Shown piece after piece: positions 54,685-62,464 of a stretch of DNA of 64,000 bases; position 1 is the stretch's first letter; the number at the start of each line of letters is the position of its first letter. The DNA is taken from sequence record NC_061449.1, one strand, 5' to 3'. The notes below the pieces were generated by a model. The model had not been told where the DNA came from. It did not search any database and saw only the letters and a list, made by a program, of their open reading frames with translations. The translations under genes were made by a program, and so were the position numbers.

Positions 54685-55402
54685 ACAAATCAACCGCTAT
54701 TTTAATCTCATGGAAAAAATCCGTGAGCAAATGTACCGCGTCCTGCCTGTTAGTGACCGTTACTTGTGTGTCGTAAGTTTCAGCACACAACTCCAGGCAC
54801 TCCAGTGCGTACTGGTAAGCAAAGCATCTTTGATGGAAGCAAAGCTGATTGAAGGTCTGACTGGTCAGGAGCTGGTGACGTATGGCCAGTATCTGCAAAC
54901 TGCCGAAGAGTGGGTTGCTAATGGTATGCAAGATGATTATCCGTTCACTCAGGATAAAGATGTGTATGCCGAGTACCGCAGCCTGACGCGTGACGAATCC
55001 CAGCCTGTGCTTGAAATGGATGACGAAGATCTCGACATACAGGAGCTGGATAATCTGCGCACCTCAATTCTTTGTGCAGACAAAGCCACTCTGGTGCAGA
55101 TGTACGTAGATGAAAATCTCGGTACAAAAGGCAAAGCCGCTGACATGGATGCGGATCAATTGCAGGAAGCTCTGTGTGAGCACTACGGCCTTAACCCTGA
55201 TGTTCCTGTCAGACTCGTCGATGTTGTTGGCGAAATGGTTAAACGCTTCGAAAGCCTTCCTAACCATGACGCCCTCAAAGAAGTTGACCTCCTGACAAAG
55301 GAAGAACTGCTTAGTCTTGCAGGCGCGTGGGGTATTGAAAAGACTGCACACGAGCACACTATGCGCTCTCTTATCAAGGGCTATCTGCTGCGCCGTACAT
55401 AA
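54665..55402 (+). CDS. Hypothetical protein with the shared helical module and a second HeH-like unit
   Basis: ADKATLVQMYVDENLGTKGKAADMDADQLQEALCEHYG (55061-55192). Confidence 0.75.
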   Translation: MTQKLSEQINRYFNLMEKIREQMYRVLPVSDRYLCVVSFSTQLQALQCVLVSKASLMEAKLIEGLTGQELVTYGQYLQTAEEWVANGMQDDYPFTQDKDVYAEYRSLTRDESQPVLEMDDEDLDIQELDNLRTSILCADKATLVQMYVDENLGTKGKAADMDADQLQEALCEHYGLNPDVPVRLVDVVGEMVKRFESLPNHDALKEVDLLTKEELLSLAGAWGIEKTAHEHTMRSLIKGYLLRRT

Positions 55403-55412
55403 TTCGAACTCT

Positions 55413-55465
55413 GCATATTGTTGGACAGAACGAGGGTAGCGTCTAATACTAAAGTGTGATATAAT
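55413..55465 (+). promoter_or_regulatory. Early-type promoter family copy 10
   Basis: GCA-TATTGT-TGGACAGAAC ... TGTGA-TATAAT. Confidence 0.8.
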
Positions 55466-55535
55466 AGCGTAAGACAAGTAGTGTCTGAATATGCTAATAT
55501 CGAGTGGTAAACGCTACTCACAGGAGAATACCAAA

Positions 55536-57560
55536 ATGGCCAAAGCGCCTAAAGCTGCAAAAGTTAAAAAGTCTAGTGATGGAAGTCAGGAAGGCTTCGT
55601 AATCGCGGAGGGCTTAGATGGTATAAGAATTAACCCGGGTATGTACTTAGGTCAACGCGGCGCCGATATGGCTTATCGCGGAGTTAAGGAACCTGTTGAT
55701 AACGTTTACGACGAACACATTGCAGGTCGAAACAAAGTTCTGGAAGTTGTGATTGACTACGACAACGACCTGAACGTAGTAGCCGATATGGCGAAAGGCA
55801 TTCCGACCGACTTCAAGAAATTGAAAGATGGTTCGAAAGAAACGATCATGACCGCAGCGTTTAGCCGTGTTCACGCTGGTGGTAAGTTTAACGATCAAGC
55901 GTACAAGACTTCTGCCGGTACTCACGGCGTTGGTGTTGCTGCACTGAACGCCGTATCAAGTCAGTTGCGCGTGTGGTCAATGTACAAGGGCAATTGCTCT
56001 TATCAGATGTGGCAGTGCGGTGTTGCGAAGTCCGGCAAAGACCCGAAGAAAGTCAAGTCAGTCGATAAAGACGTAATGAGCCTGCTACGTGAAAAGAAAG
56101 CAAGCAAGTACGGTACGATTGTTGCGTGGACGCTTGACCAGACTGTCGTGTCTGCTGACGTTATGCGTGGCAAGAAGCTGCCGAAGAATTATCGACACGC
56201 TGCGCCTGACCCAGCTCAACTCGGTACATGGCTGCGCAATATGTCGCTGCTTAACCCGGGATTCGAAGTACGCCTGACATTGATCAAGAAAGGCAAGCGC
56301 AAAGAGTTCACTTTCCATAACAAGAAAGATCTCGCGCACGTTGTTAAGACTATGGTTGAAGAACGCGAACTTGGTTCAGTTGGCAAGCCGTTCATCTTCA
56401 AGAACGACAACATCACCGCTGCGTTGACGTGGACAGATCATCCAGACACTGACAACTTCCTCAGTTTCGTTAACACCAGCCCAACAATTGACGGCGGGTG
56501 GCATGTTGTAGGTTTCCGTGACGCACTGTTCGAAGCAATCAAACCTTTCATGAAAGAATCGAAAGGCAAAGGCAAGAAGAAGCAGAACTTCAAACAAGAA
56601 GACTTGCTTATCGGCCTGACTGGTATGTTCGACTGGCGTATGCACGGTGCTCAGTACACCTCGCAGGTTAAAGACAAGCTGGCGAGCCGTGTCGAAAAAG
56701 AAGTATACGAAATGCTGAAAGACGCTTTCGTGAAATACTTCAAGGACAATAAGAAAGTCGCAACGACGATTATCAAACGCGCCGAAGCTATGAACAAGGG
56801 ACGTGAAGAACTCAGCGCTGTCGTGAAGTCTATGGCAGACACGAAGAAGAAGCTGAAAGGTAACTCGCTTCCTGCTGACCTGATCTCTGCGCTCAAGTGT
56901 AAGCCGCATGAGCGTGAGCTTATCGTGGTTGAGGGCGACTCTGCCGGTGGTACTGCGAAACACGCACGTAACCCTGACTATCAGGAAGTTATGCTTGCTG
57001 GCGGTAAGCCGCTAAACGGTCTGAAAGCAAGTCTCGCTGACGTACTCAAGCACAAAGAAGTGCAGGGCATGTTAGTGTCTGTTGGTGCTGACCTGAAATC
57101 GTTAGACCCGAAAGCAGAGGCGCCTAAGTTGAGCACGAAGAATCTGCGTATCGGCAACCTGCTGTTCCTGATGGATGCTGACCCAGACGGCTTCCACATT
57201 GCAACGTTGTTCCTCGGCGTTATCTATCGTCTGCTGCCTGACCTGATGAAAGAGGGTCGTGTGTGGATCGTAGATGCCCCGCTGTATAACGTGATGCACA
57301 AAGGCGTTCACTACGGTGGCATGACGTTTGAAGAATGCCGAGCGAAAGCGCCGTCTGCTGTAAAAGATAAAGAAATCGTTCGTGCTAAAGGTTGGGGTGA
57401 AGTTGAACCTGACGTGCTCGAAGCGATCTCATTCAATCCGAAGACTCGTCGCTTGATTCGCGTGAACCCGTTCACTAGCGTTGAGCAAGAACGTTTCTTC
57501 CGTGGTGTGCTGGCAGAAGATGCAGTCCATCGTCGTCGTCTGCTGGGTCTGGAGGAATAA
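55536..57560 (+). CDS. Type IIA DNA topoisomerase, GyrB/ParE-like subunit
   Basis: NPGMYLG, EPVDNVYDE, KGIP, HAGGKF, GTHGVG, EGDSAGG, GKPLN, DADPDG; AGGAG RBS before ATG 55536. Confidence 0.95.
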   Translation: MAKAPKAAKVKKSSDGSQEGFVIAEGLDGIRINPGMYLGQRGADMAYRGVKEPVDNVYDEHIAGRNKVLEVVIDYDNDLNVVADMAKGIPTDFKKLKDGSKETIMTAAFSRVHAGGKFNDQAYKTSAGTHGVGVAALNAVSSQLRVWSMYKGNCSYQMWQCGVAKSGKDPKKVKSVDKDVMSLLREKKASKYGTIVAWTLDQTVVSADVMRGKKLPKNYRHAAPDPAQLGTWLRNMSLLNPGFEVRLTLIKKGKRKEFTFHNKKDLAHVVKTMVEERELGSVGKPFIFKNDNITAALTWTDHPDTDNFLSFVNTSPTIDGGWHVVGFRDALFEAIKPFMKESKGKGKKKQNFKQEDLLIGLTGMFDWRMHGAQYTSQVKDKLASRVEKEVYEMLKDAFVKYFKDNKKVATTIIKRAEAMNKGREELSAVVKSMADTKKKLKGNSLPADLISALKCKPHERELIVVEGDSAGGTAKHARNPDYQEVMLAGGKPLNGLKASLADVLKHKEVQGMLVSVGADLKSLDPKAEAPKLSTKNLRIGNLLFLMDADPDGFHIATLFLGVIYRLLPDLMKEGRVWIVDAPLYNVMHKGVHYGGMTFEECRAKAPSAVKDKEIVRAKGWGEVEPDVLEAISFNPKTRRLIRVNPFTSVEQERFFRGVLAEDAVHRRRLLGLEE

Positions 57561-57561
57561 C

Positions 57562-57801
57562 ATGTTTACGAAAGAGAACCTCTCTGACGGTACGCAAGTT
57601 CGCTTTCTCGATCTGGCTCCGTACGAACAACGTCCGATGACTGCTGCTGGGCGTGAACAACACACTACTCTAATGTGCCGTGTGCGTGAGCGCTGTAAAG
57701 ATGTTGTCGTACCAGCTATGTGTGAAGGGCAGCGTGTTCAATTGCGTATGCAGCGCACCACTCTTGATAAGATTAACGCGATTGCCAAAGGGGAACAGTA
57801 A
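57562..57801 (+). CDS. 79-aa hypothetical protein between the topoisomerase subunits
   Basis: GGAGGA RBS; TAATG coupling to the next gene. Confidence 0.65.
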   Translation: MFTKENLSDGTQVRFLDLAPYEQRPMTAAGREQHTTLMCRVRERCKDVVVPAMCEGQRVQLRMQRTTLDKINAIAKGEQ

Positions 57802-59450
57802 TGGCAGTTAAGCCGAAGAAAGTTAAAGTCGTTAAGAAAGCGACTGCGGTAGCGAAGCCTGCAAAGGTTAAGTTGAAGTCGAAAGCTGTTGCTGTCGATG
57901 ACATGCCGAAGAAGAAAAAGAAGAAAGGCGAAGTAGCGGAAACGAGTACAAGCACTTCGCTGTACCCGATGATTGGTCAAGACGAGTCGCTCATTCGTGA
58001 CGAGAACCTCGCTGATTACACACGACGCGCTCTCTTCCAGTACGGTTCATACGTTGTTGAAGACCGTGCTATCGCTGACTATCGTGACGGCCTCAAGCCT
58101 GTGCACCGTGCGTTACTCTGGTCGCTGTCTGACTTGGGGTTACGCCCAGGTGGTGCGTTCAAGAAAGCTGCACGTACTGTTGGTGATGCGTTAGGTAAGT
58201 ATCACCCACACGGTGATGCTGCTTGTTATGGTGCTATGGTGACGATTGCGAACACAGTGCCGCCTGCTGTAGCGGGTCAAGGCAACTGGGGTGACCCGGT
58301 AGCACCTGCCGCTGCGATGCGTTATACCGAAGCGAAAATGAGTAAGTTCGCGGGTAGCTTCTTGCTTGACCCTGACTATCTCGAAGTAACGCCGATGGTA
58401 GACAACTTCTCGAACGATATGAAGTTGCCACTGTATCTGCCTGCACTTCTGCCGTACATGCTGTTCAACGGTAGTGTGCCTGCACCAGCGTATGGGGTGA
58501 AGTGCGGTAACCCGTCATTTAGCTTCACGTCCGTTGCAAAAGTCGTGTGCGATATGCTCAATGGCAAAGAGTATAGCGCGAAGAAGCTCGCTGATACGCT
58601 CAAAGTCAATCATGAGTATGGCTGTCTCGACGTAAGCTCTGATGAAGACTTCCTCGCGCTTATGTCTACGGGGCGTGGCAAAGTCACATACGAACCGCAG
58701 ATGAAGATCGACGAGAAGACGAAGACGATCACGATTCAAACGTATGTGCCGGGCGGTATGTCGAACAACGCAACCATCACCAAGAAGCTGGAGAAGATTG
58801 CAGAGTGGCCTGGCGTCGTGTCTGCATCAAACGCCAGTTCGAAGAAGAACAAAGACGCAGGCCCGTGGGGCGCAGCGTTTGCGATCAAGTGTCGTGGTAG
58901 CGAAGACCAGTTATACGAACTCGCAACCAAAGTGCAGCGTGAAGTTACCTCAGCGATTAACTACTCACTGGGTGTGACTGTCCGACGTGCTGATGCCTCG
59001 AACAAGTTCATGTACCTGTCGTATGTGAACTACTTCAAAGCGTGGGTTGCGTATCGCATTAAGCTGGAAGTTGCGATGCTCAAAAACAAGATGGCCAAAG
59101 CAGAGAAAGCCTTACATCTGCAAGAGGTTTACTTGTGGGCAGTGGACAACATGGACAAGCTGCTTAAAGCTCTGCCTAAAGCGCTGGTGGCCAGTGACCC
59201 TGACGCAACTCTTGCGAAGCTGTGCAAGATTCCTGTTGACGACGCGAAGATCATTCTCGACCGTCAAGTGCGTAAGCTCGCTAAACTTGAACGTGCTGGA
59301 CTTGTCGCCAAGATTAAAGAAATCAAGGCCGAAATTGCAGAGTATAAAGCTGGTCTGAAAGAGCCTGGAAAATATGCCGCAAATGGCACTGCTGCAAAAG
59401 TTAAGGCTTATCTCAAATCACCGGATGATAAACTTCCTGTAGGTCTTTGA
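57801..59450 (+). CDS. Type IIA DNA topoisomerase, GyrA/ParC-like subunit lacking the C-terminal beta-pinwheel
   Basis: DGLKPVHR, KAARTVGDALGKYHPHGD, AAMRYTEA (catalytic Tyr); only 549 aa. Confidence 0.95.
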   Translation: MAVKPKKVKVVKKATAVAKPAKVKLKSKAVAVDDMPKKKKKKGEVAETSTSTSLYPMIGQDESLIRDENLADYTRRALFQYGSYVVEDRAIADYRDGLKPVHRALLWSLSDLGLRPGGAFKKAARTVGDALGKYHPHGDAACYGAMVTIANTVPPAVAGQGNWGDPVAPAAAMRYTEAKMSKFAGSFLLDPDYLEVTPMVDNFSNDMKLPLYLPALLPYMLFNGSVPAPAYGVKCGNPSFSFTSVAKVVCDMLNGKEYSAKKLADTLKVNHEYGCLDVSSDEDFLALMSTGRGKVTYEPQMKIDEKTKTITIQTYVPGGMSNNATITKKLEKIAEWPGVVSASNASSKKNKDAGPWGAAFAIKCRGSEDQLYELATKVQREVTSAINYSLGVTVRRADASNKFMYLSYVNYFKAWVAYRIKLEVAMLKNKMAKAEKALHLQEVYLWAVDNMDKLLKALPKALVASDPDATLAKLCKIPVDDAKIILDRQVRKLAKLERAGLVAKIKEIKAEIAEYKAGLKEPGKYAANGTAAKVKAYLKSPDDKLPVGL

Positions 59451-59471
59451 TAAATCTGTAAATACAAGTCA

Positions 59472-59523
59472 GCACATTCTTGGACGAAATGCGGTTGTAG
59501 TTGAGAGCAGATTATGTTATAAT
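59472..59523 (+). promoter_or_regulatory. Early-type promoter family copy 11
   Basis: GCA-CATTCT-TGGACGAAAT ... TATGT-TATAAT; WCTGTAAATA just upstream at 59454. Confidence 0.8.
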
Positions 59524-59529
59524 GATCTA

Positions 59530-59790
59530 GATGGGTAGCTAGTATTGGGAGATACTAGCTACTCGAAACATAACAGGAGGGTAGCGTAGCTGTATCACAG
59601 CAACTTGGAAACTCAAGGGTAAAATAAACCGAGCCTAAACGGCCAACTCTGGCGAGGCATTCTCTGGGAGAGCCCCTCGACCTATACTATAATCGACCCA
59701 CAGAATACTAATATGCTAATGCAACATTGGTATTCGAAGTGTCGCTAGGACCAGCATCAACGGTCCTCAACTCTTAATGAAGTTTGGAAA
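59530..59790 (+). ncRNA. Candidate ~260-nt highly structured RNA
   Basis: Own promoter, no ORF; 13-bp hairpin 59533-59564, stems 59651-59682, 59703-59735, 59747-59767. Confidence 0.5.
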
Positions 59791-59797
59791 TCCATAG

Positions 59798-61072
59798 ATG
59801 AAAAATCAGGTAAGCAACCTTAAAGCTGGTTTAGAGCAAGTCATCGTCAAACTGACTACGCTCCGTTCGGGTATCAATCTCAAACGCCAGCACGTTGTTG
59901 ATTCATTAGGTCAGCCCTCATCTGTTTTAGCTGACTTGACCAAGGCATTAAAGAGTAATACCTATAAGTCTTACCCCGATGTACTGCAATTGCGTGATTC
60001 TGTCCGCGCAACTTGCACCACCTGCCTAAGCCTGTCAGAACAAGTGGTTGCCCGACGCATCAAGCCACGAGATCTGATGGAAAAGCTCGGTGAAATTGTG
60101 AAGTCGTTCGAGGCTGACGTATCGTTAGCTCAATCGTGCTTGGGTTACCTGCCTGAGTCGCGCAAAAATGTTTCTCTCGATGATATCCCTGAGGGTGTTG
60201 AGGGTAAAGCTCGTCTTGAGGCTGCCCAAAACATCGACCGTGAGATGTACGAGCAAGAAGCAAACGACAAAGCTGTACGACGTGAGCAACGCGAAGACGC
60301 AGCGACTGCGAAAACTAGTCGTGTGCTCAAGCGACTCAAAGACGCGTATAGCCACAAGGTACCGAGAACGTTCAAACACTCTATTCAGATAGTTCAACTT
60401 CCTGTGATGGCTCGATTCGGTACGCTCGCCATGAGTCCTGAATCGTTATCTCGCATGGGCTTCAAAATCGAAACCGCCGGACTGCATTCAACCCCCAGCT
60501 CCGACCTTGGTATCATTTTTGAAAACCAGCTTCTGTTGTTCTTCCGCATGTCAGACGCGAAGGGCGTAGCAGAAGAAGCCGTGAAAGATCACAAGATGCT
60601 TGATGGAACCCTCGTCGAACGCAAACGCCTCCAGAAAGAACGCAACACAGAACGCCGTGACCTCAAGAAGCTCAATCAGCTTTTGGAGGAAGCAAAGTCG
60701 CTGAAAGCTCGTCGTGCGCTGCGCGAACAAATCGCAGACACCGAGGCAACAATCAACGACATTACAGCGAAGCTGGATGCAATGGAAAGCAAGGTTCGTC
60801 TGAGCAATTCCAAAGAGCGCGTGTATCGTCAGATGAAAACATCGAACGATCATGCGATGCTCGACTATCTCAACCCCATTGTCGATATGCTCAACGAGAA
60901 AAGCAGCAGCACTCTCGGTCTGTTCACCACGATGCCGTTACGTGGCGTGATGAAAGACAGCGATGTGCATTGTGCTTGGCTTATGGAGAAATCAGCTATC
61001 AACCTCTTGCTGCGCCATACAGGTGGCGACGTGAAGTTGCAGAACTGGTTCCTTCCGTGGACTAATGGCTAA
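59798..61072 (+). CDS. Coiled-coil hypothetical protein
   Basis: 424 aa; charged heptad segments. Confidence 0.75.
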   Translation: MKNQVSNLKAGLEQVIVKLTTLRSGINLKRQHVVDSLGQPSSVLADLTKALKSNTYKSYPDVLQLRDSVRATCTTCLSLSEQVVARRIKPRDLMEKLGEIVKSFEADVSLAQSCLGYLPESRKNVSLDDIPEGVEGKARLEAAQNIDREMYEQEANDKAVRREQREDAATAKTSRVLKRLKDAYSHKVPRTFKHSIQIVQLPVMARFGTLAMSPESLSRMGFKIETAGLHSTPSSDLGIIFENQLLLFFRMSDAKGVAEEAVKDHKMLDGTLVERKRLQKERNTERRDLKKLNQLLEEAKSLKARRALREQIADTEATINDITAKLDAMESKVRLSNSKERVYRQMKTSNDHAMLDYLNPIVDMLNEKSSSTLGLFTTMPLRGVMKDSDVHCAWLMEKSAINLLLRHTGGDVKLQNWFLPWTNG

Positions 61073-61607
61073 CAACGAAAACCGATTACCGGCGGCGACG
61101 AAAGGTGATTTGACACAGTGCATCATCTGCGGTAAGTTTAGCAGAGCGATTCACTATCACCATACCGTACCCCGCTCACTGGGAGGCGAGCTTTCGCTTC
61201 AAATCCCAATAGACGGTGACTGCCACACAACGCTTCACGCAAAAGCAGAAGCTGTGGTAGCGAAGTTAGCAGGAAACCGCAAGCAACCGCTCGGTACGTT
61301 TTGGGATGACCCCGAAGCCGAAGAGCGAGCACAAACATGGCTAAGCATTCTGGTAGATGCGATGCTCAACCCACCGGTACAGCCTGGACAGAAAGAAGTG
61401 CTGTTGCCGATGATTAAGGTTGACATGGAAACCAGACATGCACTCGAACTCTTGAAGCGTGATACGCCTGGCATTACTAATATGAGCCAAGTGTTACGCC
61501 TCTGCATTGAGACAACATTAAAGACAAAGGGGTTAAAAAATGGCGAATCAAAAAGTACGCACTCTGGACATCAAAGCACTCGTAAAAAGCGAACTGACCT
61601 GTGGTGA
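61065..61607 (+). CDS. HNH endonuclease-like domain fused to a C-terminal RHH-like segment
   Basis: CIICG...HYHHTVPRSLGG...DGDCHTTLH; IKVDMETRHALELLK...NMSQVLRLCI. Confidence 0.7.
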   Translation: MANNENRLPAATKGDLTQCIICGKFSRAIHYHHTVPRSLGGELSLQIPIDGDCHTTLHAKAEAVVAKLAGNRKQPLGTFWDDPEAEERAQTWLSILVDAMLNPPVQPGQKEVLLPMIKVDMETRHALELLKRDTPGITNMSQVLRLCIETTLKTKGLKNGESKSTHSGHQSTRKKRTDLW

Positions 61608-62412
61608 CTGCCGCGGTCTGACGCGTGATGCTCTGTTGCCGACTGCCGAAAAACCGTGTGCAACACAAGGTCAGTTAGCTGATTCTAAGATCTGCAAACA
61701 CTATCGCTCTGACAGCCAATCGCTGACCGAGCTGATGACCGAACACGGTGATACGCTGGTTGCTCTGTTCAATACGTTCCGTAAGATGTCGGATAAAGAC
61801 CTGCGCGTTGTTGCTGGTATGCTGTTATCTGAATCTAAAACACGTCGTCATGGCGTTAAGATGGGACAAGCTGTATTTGTACGTTATCGTGGTCGTGAGA
61901 CTCGCAACTACATGAATAACTTCATGGCAGCGCGTGTTCTCGACGTAGACGCAGATTCGATTCGCCTTATTTCCGAGAAAGGCGATATTGTTCTGACGTA
62001 TGCGAACACCGGCTTTAATGGTCCTTCCGTATATACGAAGAAGCAGTTCGCTAAGTTACGCACAGAGATGATCAAAGCTGGTAAGTTGATCGACCCTGAG
62101 CAAGAGATCAAAACCGCTAAACGTAATCTTCCACAAGAAGACAACGTTAACTTCTCCGCACCAAGTTCACTCGATGGCTTCGCTATTCCTCTGATGGAAG
62201 ATGTGACGAAAGGCCGTGGTGGTAAGCGTAAGGGTAAGAAGACTCAGACGCTGGTGGACATTGTGTCTATGATCGAGAACGGTCACGACATGGGTGCAGA
62301 GCAAGACGAGTCTGGTGTAATGAGTCTCGGCGGTAACTCATACAAGTCGAAAGATAAGAAGAAGAAACTCCGTGTCGGTAAGAACGGCGTTGTCGAACTC
62401 GGCGACCTGTAA
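61540..62412 (+). CDS. Hypothetical protein with N-terminal Cys cluster and Lys-rich tail
   Basis: CGDC...C...C; 290 aa. Confidence 0.75.
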   Translation: MANQKVRTLDIKALVKSELTCGDCRGLTRDALLPTAEKPCATQGQLADSKICKHYRSDSQSLTELMTEHGDTLVALFNTFRKMSDKDLRVVAGMLLSESKTRRHGVKMGQAVFVRYRGRETRNYMNNFMAARVLDVDADSIRLISEKGDIVLTYANTGFNGPSVYTKKQFAKLRTEMIKAGKLIDPEQEIKTAKRNLPQEDNVNFSAPSSLDGFAIPLMEDVTKGRGGKRKGKKTQTLVDIVSMIENGHDMGAEQDESGVMSLGGNSYKSKDKKKKLRVGKNGVVELGDL

Positions 62413-62464
62413 TTAAGATCTAAGCATAGCATACTTCAACTATACGAACAGGATCTCGGAAAAA

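Noticed and set aside
55536-59450. Naming as gyrB/gyrA
   Set aside because: No GyrA CTD or GyrA box, so gyrase activity cannot be supported; left as type IIA topoisomerase
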